Positions 20,695 to 29,239 of a DNA stretch of 64,000 nt are shown here, one piece after another. Under the pieces are notes generated by a model. That model was not told the origin of the DNA. It ran no database searches and was given only the letters and a program-made list of their open reading frames with translations. The position numbers and the translations under genes were made by a program. Each line of letters opens with the position of its first letter. Position 1 is the first letter of the stretch. The stretch covers positions 1-64,000 of the forward strand of contig JAVJSW010000001.1 of NCBI GenBank assembly GCA_040219255.1. The letters run 5' to 3'. This DNA comes from Sumerlaeia bacterium. GTDB lineage: Bacteria > Sumerlaeota > Sumerlaeia > SLMS01 > JAHLLQ01.

Positions 20695-21684
20695 ATGCAA
20701 ACTCAACTCCGCGGCAAAGATTTCATCACCACCCAGGAGTGGTCCATCGACGAGCTGAACACGGCGCTGGAAGTCGCCCACGATCTCAAGAAGCGCTTCG
20801 CCCTCGGCGAAACGACCGATCTGCTGAAGAACAAGACCCTCTTCATGCTGTTCTTCTTCGCTTCCACCCGCACCCGCACCTCGTTCGAGGCTGGTATGAC
20901 GCAACTCGGCGGCCACGCGGTTTTCCTCGATCCCGCGAAGACCCAGATCAGCCACGGCGAAAACGCCAAGGACACGGGCACCATACTCTCCCGCTATGGC
21001 CACGGCATCGCCATCCGCCAATGCGACTGGGGCGTCGGCAATCAGTACATCCGCGACATGGCCCACCATGCCACGGTCCCGGTTCTCAATATGCAGTGCG
21101 AAATCTACCACCCTTGCCAGATCATGGCCGACTACATGACCATCCAGGAAAAATTCGGCAAGAACGTCAAAGGCATGAAAATCGGCGTGTCCTGGACCAG
21201 CGCCCCCAACTACGTCCGACCCATCAGCGTGCCCCAGTCCCTGATCCTGATGATGGCCCGCATGGGCATGGATGTGACGCTGGCCTATCCGGAAGAATTC
21301 AAGCTGATGCCCGATATCGAAGCCCAGGCAAAGGCCAACGCCGAGAAATCCGGCGGCAAGTTCGAAATCACCCACGACTTCAACTCCGCCTTCGAAGGCG
21401 CCCACGTCGTCGTGCCCAAGTCCTGGGGCCCGCTTCTCCACACGACCGACAAGACCGAGGGCATCCGCCTGATCGAGAAGTACCCCGAGTGGCGCACCGA
21501 GCAAAAGCACATGGACCTGTGCCACAAGGACGGCGTGTACATGCACCCCCTGCCCGCCGACCGCGGCCGCGAAGTCACCGACGAAGTGATCGACGGCCCC
21601 CGCTCGGTCGTGTACGACGAAGCGGAAAACCGCCTGCACGTGCAGAAGGCCCTGATGGCGCTGACCATGGGCGGGAATCCGTAA
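20695..21684 (+). CDS. Knotted-type carbamoyltransferase, YgeW-like
   Basis: STRT, NMQCEIYHPCQ, SWTSAPNYVRPISVPQS (cf. YgeW TWAYSPSYGKPLSVPQ), KSW, HPLP. Lacks the OTCase SMG motif. Confidence 0.82.
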   Translation: MQTQLRGKDFITTQEWSIDELNTALEVAHDLKKRFALGETTDLLKNKTLFMLFFFASTRTRTSFEAGMTQLGGHAVFLDPAKTQISHGENAKDTGTILSRYGHGIAIRQCDWGVGNQYIRDMAHHATVPVLNMQCEIYHPCQIMADYMTIQEKFGKNVKGMKIGVSWTSAPNYVRPISVPQSLILMMARMGMDVTLAYPEEFKLMPDIEAQAKANAEKSGGKFEITHDFNSAFEGAHVVVPKSWGPLLHTTDKTEGIRLIEKYPEWRTEQKHMDLCHKDGVYMHPLPADRGREVTDEVIDGPRSVVYDEAENRLHVQKALMALTMGGNP

Positions 21685-21956
21685 AGAGCGGTCGTTCCCT
21701 CCCCCGCTGCCCGCGAAGTCTCCAGAGCCGCCGGACCGCCCGGTGGCTCTGTTGCGTTGATGGCAGCCGGCCGGAAGCCCATCCAGCCTAACGCCGAACG
21801 TTTGCCGCTTCTCTACTCCGATAGAAAATCTCCCGCCAAGCGACCCAGTTCTTGAGTTTCCCGAACGAAGCCGTTCGATGAAGTAGCGCCAAACCTCTCG
21901 TTCATTTGATCTTGCCGGGCTGCTTGCCCTTTCCTCTGTCTAGCCTTACCAAGTAA

Positions 21957-21995
21957 TTCTGTGAAACCTCTGTCCGTTGAGACCTCTGTGGTTAA
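21957..21995 (-). repeat. ACCACAGAG-family dispersed repeat
   Basis: Reverse complement ttaaccacagaggtctcaacggacagaggtttcacag resembles the copy at 26146-26184. Confidence 0.6.
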
Positions 21996-22100
21996 GGAAG
22001 TCCGCTCCCTGTCTCATACCCGGAAAACGCCGGTTGCGGCACGCGCGGGCCTTGGCGACGAAAGGGCATCTTACGCCCTCGTAGAGGACCCCAGCCCGCC

Positions 22101-23027
22101 ATGAGCGACCTTTCCCAACGTGTGACTATCGTGGTAACGTCCTTCAACCGCCGCGACGACCTCGAGGTCTGCCTGCGGTCGGCCATCGCACAGCAGGGGT
22201 CACCCCGCGTTCTGGCCATCGACAACGGCTCCAACGATGGGTCCGGCGCCATGATCCGAGAAAAGTTCCCCCAGGTGGAGCTGAAGGAAATCGCCGTCAA
22301 CGAACCCCTCATCGTCATCCGCAACAAAGCCGCCGACTGGGTCCAGACACCGCTCATCGTCTCCATCGACGACGACGCGGAATTCACCGCCACAGACATC
22401 GTGGCCGAGACGGCCAAGCTCTTCGACGACGAGCGGGTCGGTGTGGTGGCGATTCCCTATGAAGACGTGAAAGTGGACCCCGGCAAGGTCCGCCAGAAAA
22501 AGCCCGACAGTGCCGGACAGTTCGCCACCTCGTCCTTTACCGGGACGGCGTATGCCATGCGGCGCGAGATTTTCAAAGACGTTGGCGGCTACCGCGATTT
22601 CCTGGTGCGCCAGGGCGAAGAGCGCGATTTCACGCTGCGCATGTTCCGCCGCGGATACCTGGCTCTGCTCGGCGATTCGGCGATCATCAAGCACTACGCC
22701 AGCCCCCGCCGCAACTTCCGCGAAATCGACATCTACGGACGCCGCAATGACGTGCTGTTCATCTGGTTCTTTTGTCCCATGCCGGAAATGCTGTGGCACC
22801 TGCCCGGCGTGCTGGCCAAGGGCGTGCTCCACGGCCTGAAGAAAAAGCGCCTCGGCAACAACCTCACAGGGACGTTCAAGGGCCTGGCCGACATTTGGCG
22901 CTATCGCGGCCTGCGCGAGCCCGTGTCACGCCGGCTCTACGCCATATACCGTCGCCTGCGCACGGAAGCCGTTCCGGCGGAGGAACTGGAAGCCGTCATC
23001 AAGGACGAGCCGAAGGCCCGCGTTTGA
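22101..23027 (+). CDS. GT2 family glycosyltransferase
   Basis: IVVTSFNR, IDNGSNDGS, RN, IDDDA, VGGY, GEERDF. Confidence 0.92.
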   Translation: MSDLSQRVTIVVTSFNRRDDLEVCLRSAIAQQGSPRVLAIDNGSNDGSGAMIREKFPQVELKEIAVNEPLIVIRNKAADWVQTPLIVSIDDDAEFTATDIVAETAKLFDDERVGVVAIPYEDVKVDPGKVRQKKPDSAGQFATSSFTGTAYAMRREIFKDVGGYRDFLVRQGEERDFTLRMFRRGYLALLGDSAIIKHYASPRRNFREIDIYGRRNDVLFIWFFCPMPEMLWHLPGVLAKGVLHGLKKKRLGNNLTGTFKGLADIWRYRGLREPVSRRLYAIYRRLRTEAVPAEELEAVIKDEPKARV

Positions 23028-23057
23028 TGACTTTGATTGGAAGCGCTAAAAAAGAAA

Positions 23058-23135
23058 TGGTGCCCCCAGCGGGATTCGAACCCGCGTTTCAGCCGTGAAA
23101 GGGCCGCGTCCTAGACCGGGCTAGACGATGGGGAC
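23058..23135 (-). tRNA. tRNA-Glu(TTC)
   Basis: Reverse complement GTCCCCATCGTCTAGCCCGGTCTAGGACGCGGCCCTTTCACGGCTGAAACGCGGGTTCGAATCCCGCTGGGGGCACCA: cloverleaf, TTC anticodon, T-loop, CCA end. Confidence 0.97.
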
Positions 23136-23387
23136 ACACAAGGCACCGACGCGGTCCACGGGTCCGGCATGAAGCCGTCCCGCCGTCGGGACGCAGAGAG
23201 TCATTAATGGCGCCTCGCAAGTCAAGGGGCGATTTGCACTTTTTTACGAATCCGGGAACATCCGGGAAGAGTTCGATCGGGGATCGGGAAATGCTGTGGA
23301 AAAGTGCCACGGGCGCATTTTGCCTCTTGACTCTTCCACTTCCGCGATGCCTACTGATTTCAGCCAATGAAAGGAGGTGGTCAATTA

Positions 23388-23426
23388 ATGAATCATGACT
23401 GTACAGGCGAGGTGGCCGAGTCCTAA
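23388..23426 (+). CDS. Candidate 12-aa small ORF MNHDCTGEVAES within a structured RNA
   Basis: AAGGAGGTG SD at 23371-23379, then ATG...TAA, followed by long stems and a terminator. Confidence 0.45.
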   Translation: MNHDCTGEVAES

Positions 23427-23545
23427 CCTCAACTCCTTGAGATGGATGACACGGGTAGTTTTCACCTAACTCAAATTCCCTCAGTGAGGTTAGGTAAATT
23501 CGACTCGGTCACCGCACACTGGCTTTCCCATTCTTGGAAAAGCGG

Positions 23546-23585
23546 CCCGCCATCGGTTTCCCACCGGTGGCGGGTTTTCTTCTTT
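23546..23585 (+). terminator. Intrinsic terminator
   Basis: cccgccatcggt-ttccc-accggtggcggg followed by ttttcttcttt. Confidence 0.8.
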
Positions 23586-23615
23586 AATTTCCCCCGCCGA
23601 CCCAAAGGAATCCCG

Positions 23616-24599
23616 ATGTCCCGTTCGCTACTATTTCCCCTACTCCTCGCGCCGCTGGCGCTGACTCCCGGTGCCACCCCCGCCCAGGAAAACCCCCAGT
23701 CCCCCGCCGTCACCATCATCCGCCACTCCGCCTGGAGCGACCAGCCTCCCCTCGGGGTCGAAGCCAACGGCATCCGCCGCAATCTGGGCGAGGGCGACTC
23801 GGTCACCTTCGAGCGCCTGACGGTGACCCTGACGACTTCGACCCTTGGGCTGAACGAGCCGGACCGTGCGCACTTGCGCCTCCAGACCAGCAGTTCCATA
23901 GGCACCCGCGCCGTCCCCGAAGGCGGCGCCTTCAACTGGAGCGATTACCACATCGCTATCCCCGCCATCTACGCCGAGAAGGGCGAGCTCGGCTTTCCCT
24001 ACACCGTCGTCGAAATCGCCGACGTGAACACCCTGCCCCCTCGCGTGGCCGAATCCACCTCCGCCAACGGCGCCGAAGACCGCCTGCGCGTGCCCCACAC
24101 CCTCGACAAGCTGACCCTGCATCACAGCGCCACCGTCCTGCGCGAGGAAGACGATCTCGCCCAGAAGCTGCGCAACATGCAGAGCTGGGGCGCCAACGCC
24201 CGCCAATGGTGGGACCTGCCCTACCACTTCATCATCGATGTGGACGGCACCGTTTTCGAAGGCCGCGACTACCGCTTCGTCGGCGACACCAACACCCAAT
24301 ACGACCCGACGGGCCACTTCCTGATCAATTGCTACGGCAACTATAACGAGCAGGAACCCAGCCCCGCCCAGCTCGACGCCATCGTGAACCTGATGGCCTG
24401 GGCGGCGATGGAGTACGACATCGACCCCAGCGAAATCTACGGCCACAGCGATCTCGCCGAAACCGAATGCCCGGGCGATGCGCTCGAAGCGCTGCTGCAC
24501 GACGGCACCATCGAACGCCGCGTGCGCGCGGTGATGGAAAAAGGCCAGCCCCGCCTTCGCTATGGGGACGAGGGCGGGGCCGGGGCGGAGGAAAAATAA
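23616..24599 (+). CDS. Secreted N-acetylmuramoyl-L-alanine amidase (Amidase_2/PGRP-like)
   Basis: Signal peptide; LTLHHSA, WWDLPYHFII, VFEGR, GHSD, TECPG. Confidence 0.88.
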   Translation: MSRSLLFPLLLAPLALTPGATPAQENPQSPAVTIIRHSAWSDQPPLGVEANGIRRNLGEGDSVTFERLTVTLTTSTLGLNEPDRAHLRLQTSSSIGTRAVPEGGAFNWSDYHIAIPAIYAEKGELGFPYTVVEIADVNTLPPRVAESTSANGAEDRLRVPHTLDKLTLHHSATVLREEDDLAQKLRNMQSWGANARQWWDLPYHFIIDVDGTVFEGRDYRFVGDTNTQYDPTGHFLINCYGNYNEQEPSPAQLDAIVNLMAWAAMEYDIDPSEIYGHSDLAETECPGDALEALLHDGTIERRVRAVMEKGQPRLRYGDEGGAGAEEK

Positions 24600-24600
24600 T

Positions 24601-24779
24601 TCACCACAGAGCCACAGAGGGCACCGAGGGTGAAGTTATTGGAGTGTTTCCTTCTATTATTGCCGGGTCTTCAGTCCACCTTACAACTCTGATAATAAAT
24701 GACATAGGGCGAAACTCAGGCCCATGATCGAGAGGAGCTGAACCAAGAAACCTCTGTGCCCTCTGTTGCTCTGTGGTGA
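24601..24779. repeat. Inverted pair of 28-bp CACCACAGAG repeats flanking a 123-bp lower-GC spacer
   Basis: 24601-24628 tcaccacagagccacagagggcaccgag versus the reverse complement of 24752-24779: 26/28 identical. Confidence 0.85.
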
Positions 24780-24802
24780 TAATATGGAGCCTCTCAGCGG
24801 CC

Positions 24803-25963
24803 TTACTTCGCCGGCTGGCTCACCGGCTGGGGCGCTTTCTTGGCCCCTTTATCCGACGCGTTGCTCGTCAGGTCATCGGTCTGGCGATCGATCGTGTCGC
24901 CGTCCCATTCGTTGTCTTCCTTGATGGCCTTGGCAGCGGCGCGGGCGGCTTTCGCTTCGTCTTGCAACTCGCCCAGGTGCTTATGCGTCGAGAAGAACTG
25001 GAGCGAGTGGCCGCGGAAGTCTTCGATGGTTTCGAAGCCGTGCTCCTCCATAAAGGCTTCCAAGCCCGAAATCATCTCCTTGACCATGCCGTAGCCCTGG
25101 AGCATGGCGGCGGTGCAGACCTGGACCGTGTGGGCGCCGAGCAGCATGAACTGGATGGCGTCTTCGGCGCATTGGACGCCGCCGATGCCGGAGAGAGCGG
25201 ACTTGGGATAGGCGCGGGCGATTTCGCTGACCATGCGCAGGGCGATGGGCCGCACCGCCTGGCAGGAGTAACCGCCGGGCACCGAGTAGCCGTAAACCGT
25301 CGGCATCGGCCGCAGCGTCTTCAGGTCCACACCGATCACGCTCAGGATGGTGTTGATGGCGGCGATGCCGCTCGCGCCGTTTGCGATGGCGGCTCCGGCG
25401 GGCTCGACGATATGGGTGATGTTCGGGGTCATCTTGGCCCAGACCGGCTTGCTGGTGGCGCCGCGGACCCAGGAGCAGACTTCGCCGACCATGTCGGGGT
25501 TCTGGCCCATGGCGCCGCCCATGCCGCGCTCGGGCAGGCCGTGGGGACAGGACAGGTTCAGCTCGAAGCCATCGACGCCGGCGGCTTCGCAGCGTTGCGT
25601 GATTTCCACCCAGCGGTCCTTCTCGAACTCCTCCATGATGGAAGCGATCAGGATGTGATCGGGGAATTCGTCCTTCAGCTCGCGGAACTCTTTTTCCCAG
25701 ATTTCCAGGGGCCGGTCGCTGATCAGCTCGATGTTCTCGAAACCGATCACCTCGCCCGTTTCCATGCTCTTCAGCTTGCCATAACGGGGGGCGACGTTCT
25801 TGATCTTCTCGGCTTCCAGGCTGACCGTCTTGGCGATCATGCCGCCCCAGCCTTCGTTGAACGCTTTGGCGATGACTTTCTTGTTGGTTCCCGGAGGCCC
25901 GCTGGCGATCACAAAGGGATTGGGAAAGGTCAGTCCGTCCACATGGACGCGAATATCCGGCAT
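24803..25963 (-). CDS. preA: Dihydropyrimidine dehydrogenase FMN subunit (PreA/PYD1-like), no C-terminal ferredoxin
   Basis: NPFVIASGPP, NIELISDR, ELNLSCPHG, KMTPNIT, AINT, GGYS, SGIGGV, VQVCT; SD GAGGAGGAG. Confidence 0.92.
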   Translation of the reverse strand: MPDIRVHVDGLTFPNPFVIASGPPGTNKKVIAKAFNEGWGGMIAKTVSLEAEKIKNVAPRYGKLKSMETGEVIGFENIELISDRPLEIWEKEFRELKDEFPDHILIASIMEEFEKDRWVEITQRCEAAGVDGFELNLSCPHGLPERGMGGAMGQNPDMVGEVCSWVRGATSKPVWAKMTPNITHIVEPAGAAIANGASGIAAINTILSVIGVDLKTLRPMPTVYGYSVPGGYSCQAVRPIALRMVSEIARAYPKSALSGIGGVQCAEDAIQFMLLGAHTVQVCTAAMLQGYGMVKEMISGLEAFMEEHGFETIEDFRGHSLQFFSTHKHLGELQDEAKAARAAAKAIKEDNEWDGDTIDRQTDDLTSNASDKGAKKAPQPVSQPAK

Positions 25964-26012
25964 GGGGCTCCTCCTCAAGGTCGGGGACAGATAGGATACG
26001 AATCGGGGCTTA

Positions 26013-26027
26013 GCAATGCCTCAACCA
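26013..26027 (-). promoter_or_regulatory. Putative sigma54 -24/-12 promoter for preA
   Basis: TGGTTGAGGCATTGC (GG-N10-GC, ends TTGCT), 50 bp upstream of the start. Confidence 0.55.
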
Positions 26028-26145
26028 GTCACCAAAACGGCGATGGCCCGTTCGGTCAACTGGAGAATGGTTCGAAAGAAGGCTTCCGCGCTCCAAGGTG
26101 CGGGGGAAGGGGATTCGGCGGGGAGCGCTGGCTCTTCGCGGTTTT

Positions 26146-26184
26146 TGACCACAGAGTGCCACAGATGGCAGAGGTTTCACGGAG
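26146..26184 (+). repeat. ACCACAGAG-family dispersed repeat
   Basis: tgaccacagagtgccacagatggcagaggtttcacggag. Confidence 0.65.
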
Positions 26185-26424
26185 AAGGGAATGAAGGGGA
26201 ATGGTGGGCGGATTCTCAACCTGCTTATTATCAGCCATCCATGGATCAAGAACAAGAACCGCCACCCTCCCGATTTGCTCACACACGAAGAAACTCCTGG
26301 GGAAATCTGGAAGCTTGCCTATTCTTTCTCCTTTATCCCCAAGACGCAACTCGGCTTCAACGATCACTCCGACAAGGTGCTGCGCTTCCTTCCTCTATCA
26401 CGTAAACTCCCTCGCGACAATCGC

Positions 26425-26455
26425 CTCCGTGCCTCCGTGTCTCCGTGGTGATTCT
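26425..26455 (-). repeat. CACCACGGAG-family dispersed repeat
   Basis: Reverse complement agaatcaccacggagacacggaggcacggag is 30/31 identical to 46254-46284. Confidence 0.85.
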
Positions 26456-26470
26456 CCCGTCGGTCAAGAG

Positions 26471-28087
26471 TCAGCCGCTCGTTTTCTCGACGGTTTTCCG
26501 CGCCCACCCAATCCCCCACCGCCGAATCCGCGAACTGAGCGTTGTCGGCGGCACGCCCAGGAGTTCCGCCGCGCCGCCGGGGCCGTAAATGCGGCCGCCG
26601 GTTTCGGCGAGGGCTTTTTCGATGTTGGCGATCATTTCCTGGCGCAGGTCGCGGTCGCGGCGCACCGTGGGTTTGGGGGCTTCGGCGGCGGGCGCGGAGG
26701 CACCGGGGGCGGCGGTGACGAAGGAAAAATCGGCCCGGCCTCCACGCGCCAGGATCACCGCGCGCTCGACCACATGGGCCAGTTCGCGCACGTTGCCGGG
26801 CCAGTCGTAGCCTTGCAGGCGCGCGAGTTCCGTGCGGCTGACGCTCGGCGCCGGCACGCCGAGACGCTGCGCCGCCTGGCCGATGAAGTGAGACAGCAGC
26901 ACCGGGATGTCGTCGCGCCGTTCGCGCAGGGGCGGCAGCGACACGGGGAACACGCTGAGGCGATAGAACAAATCCTCACGAAAACGCCCGGCCTCGGCTT
27001 CGCGCTTCAGGTCGCGATTCGTCGCCGCCACAATCCGCACGTCCACCCGCCGCGTGGTGGTTTCGCCGATGCGTTCGAATTCGCCTTCCTGCAGGACGCG
27101 CAGCAGCTTGCTTTGCAGCTCCAGGGGAATCTCGCCCACTTCGTCCAGGAACAGCGTCCCCCGGTCCGCCAATTGGAACCGCCCGACGCGGTCTCGGACG
27201 GCGCCGGTGAAGGCGCCTTTGACGTGGCCGAAGAACTCGCTCTCGAACAGCTCGCGCGGGATGGCGGCGCAGTTCACCTTCACCAGCGGCTTGTCCGCTC
27301 GTTTGCTGCGGCGGTGGATGGCGCGGGCGACGAGTTCCTTGCCGCTGCCCGATTCGCCTTCGATCAGGATCGCCGCGCCGGTGGGCGCCACCAGATCGAC
27401 CTGGCCCAGGACCCGCCGCAGCGCCTCGCTCTGGCCCACCATTTCCAGATCGTGGGCCGCGCCATCGCCCAGGAACTCCTCGCGCAGGAGGGCGTTTTCC
27501 TCCTCCAGTTCGAGCCGCAGGCGCTCGACTTCTTCGAACGCCCGCGCGTTCGCCAGCGCCACCGCCGCCTGATCGGCGAAGTAGCGCAGCCACTGGAACG
27601 CCTCGCCGTGGATGCCCTCGCGGCAGAAAATCCCGAGGACGCCCAGGACCTCGCCGCGAAACACCAGCGGTTGGCCGGCAAAGCTGCGGATGCGCTCGTC
27701 GCGCGCCCACTGCGGATTCACGATCCAGCGGCTGTCCGCGCCCACGTCCTCCAGCAGCAGGGCCTCGCCGGTGGCGCCGATGTGGCCGATCTTGCGCTGG
27801 CCCAGGGGAAAACGCGCGAACCGGCCCTCGGTGTTCGACCAGTCGGCGCCGGGATCGGTCAGCGACTGGCCCCGGCTGGCGACCAGGTGCAGGCACTCGC
27901 GCCGGTCCGGGCACTCGCGGCGCATCGCGCACCCCTCGCACCGATCCCCCGGCCCTCGCACCCACAGCCGCACCAGCGCATAGCCTCCGTCCGCCGACAT
28001 GCCCTCCACAATGGTTTCGAATACGCGTTGCGTCGAGCGCTCGCGCGTCATGGCGAGCAGGATGGACTGAAGCATTTCGAGCTGCAT
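26471..28087 (-). CDS. GAF-domain sigma54-dependent activator (FhlA-like, Fis HTH)
   Basis: GAF domain with a Cys-rich insert; [33 protein letters not shown]. Confidence 0.95.
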   Translation of the reverse strand: MQLEMLQSILLAMTRERSTQRVFETIVEGMSADGGYALVRLWVRGPGDRCEGCAMRRECPDRRECLHLVASRGQSLTDPGADWSNTEGRFARFPLGQRKIGHIGATGEALLLEDVGADSRWIVNPQWARDERIRSFAGQPLVFRGEVLGVLGIFCREGIHGEAFQWLRYFADQAAVALANARAFEEVERLRLELEEENALLREEFLGDGAAHDLEMVGQSEALRRVLGQVDLVAPTGAAILIEGESGSGKELVARAIHRRSKRADKPLVKVNCAAIPRELFESEFFGHVKGAFTGAVRDRVGRFQLADRGTLFLDEVGEIPLELQSKLLRVLQEGEFERIGETTTRRVDVRIVAATNRDLKREAEAGRFREDLFYRLSVFPVSLPPLRERRDDIPVLLSHFIGQAAQRLGVPAPSVSRTELARLQGYDWPGNVRELAHVVERAVILARGGRADFSFVTAAPGASAPAAEAPKPTVRRDRDLRQEMIANIEKALAETGGRIYGPGGAAELLGVPPTTLSSRIRRWGIGWARKTVEKTSG

Positions 28088-28129
28088 GGGCGGGGGTCCC
28101 GATCAAAGTTGCGGGCGGCATGGCGAGAA

Positions 28130-28185
28130 CAACGCATGTGCGTTGGAATACGCAACGCAAATTTATTTTCCACGCAATTGCGTTG
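28130..28185. promoter_or_regulatory. Putative activator-binding palindromes (CAACGCA-N2-TGCGTTG)
   Basis: Palindromic arms at 28130-28145, a half-site at about 28153-28159, and a near copy cacgcaattgcgttg at 28171-28185. Confidence 0.6.
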
Positions 28186-28252
28186 TGTTGCGAAGCAGTC
28201 TCACAAAGTCGCAACCTGTCTCATAGCAGCTATCTACGACAAAAATGCACCC

Positions 28253-28267
28253 TGGCACAAACCGCGC
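28253..28267 (+). promoter_or_regulatory. Putative sigma54 promoter for the AhpD/CMD gene
   Basis: TGGCACAAACCGCGC (TGGCAC, GG-N10-GC), divergent from a sigma54 activator. Confidence 0.65.
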
Positions 28268-28343
28268 CTTTGAGAGAGGCACCTGAGGATCGACAGAACT
28301 CCATCAGGACTCATTTCACCCTCTCAGAAGGAACTCCGCAATC

Positions 28344-28883
28344 ATGCCCCGCATCGCTCAAGTCGACCACGAAACCGCCACTGGCAAGACCAAGGACCTG
28401 CTCGACGCCGTGAAGGCCAAGCTGGGTTTTGTCCCGAACCTGATGAGCACGCTGGCGGTTTCGCCCGCGGCGCTCGAAGCTTACCTGCAATTCAACACCA
28501 CGCTGGGCGGAACGCTCGATGCCAAGACGCGCGAGATCATTTCGCTGATCGTCGCGGAAACGAACGGCTGCGGCTATTGCGCCTCGGCCCACACAGCTCT
28601 GGGCAAGATGGTCGGACTCTCGGAAGAGGAAATCCTGACGGTGCGCAAGGGCGGCGCCACCGACCCCAAGCACCGCGCCGTGATTGATCTGGCCCGCCGC
28701 CTGACGCTTAACCACGGCCGCCTGACGGAGGGCGAATACGCCGCCGCCGTGCAGGCTGGTCTGACCGAGCGGCAAATCACCGAGATCATCGCCAACGTGG
28801 CCCTGAACATCTTCACCAACACCTTCAACAACGTGGCCAAAACCACCGTCGATTTTCCGAAGATCGAAACGGTGAGCGTCTGA
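28344..28883 (+). CDS. AhpD/carboxymuconolactone decarboxylase family peroxidase-like protein
   Basis: LGFVPNL, REIISL..A..NGCGYC.SAH, N...N.FN. Confidence 0.92.
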   Translation: MPRIAQVDHETATGKTKDLLDAVKAKLGFVPNLMSTLAVSPAALEAYLQFNTTLGGTLDAKTREIISLIVAETNGCGYCASAHTALGKMVGLSEEEILTVRKGGATDPKHRAVIDLARRLTLNHGRLTEGEYAAAVQAGLTERQITEIIANVALNIFTNTFNNVAKTTVDFPKIETVSV

Positions 28884-29025
28884 TCGGCCCAAAACCTTCC
28901 CCCGGCGGCGCTCGGTCCGAATTCGGTGCTCACGAGCGCCCGCCGCGGGGAGTCGCGGAAACCCGGGGCGGCGGGCGGCAACAGCCGCCCCGGGACCGAG
29001 ACTCCTGGGTGATCCATGGATAGAG

Positions 29026-29122
29026 ATTAACGCAAAGCAGCGAAGCGGCAAAGGTGCAGAGAGGGGTGAGCAGACAGACACCCCTCTGTATAACCTCTGT
29101 TCTCTGAGTCCTCTGTGGCCAA
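29026..29122. repeat. Degenerate inverted pair of the ACAGAG repeat family
   Basis: ttaacgcaaagcagcgaagcggcaaaggtgcagag ... ctctgttctctgagtcctctgtggccaa. Confidence 0.5.
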
Positions 29123-29239
29123 GAGTCACAGCACCACCTCGCATCCTCAGCCAGCCTCATCCTGAATCACGTTTCCGGCATCCGGCAACGCCACCCTCGC
29201 CCTGTGCCTGCGGGCACCCTTGCAAAGGAAACTCCCCCC

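Noticed and set aside
23058-23135. tRNA as an integration site
   Set aside because: No integrase, and no duplicated tRNA 3' end seen in the window.
24601-24779. CRISPR-like array
   Set aside because: The repeats are inverted or dispersed rather than tandem with regular spacers, and there are no cas genes.
26191-26451. 86-aa ORF between repeat copies
   Set aside because: No recognisable family, and it ends inside the repeat. It may be a remnant, but cannot be supported as a gene.
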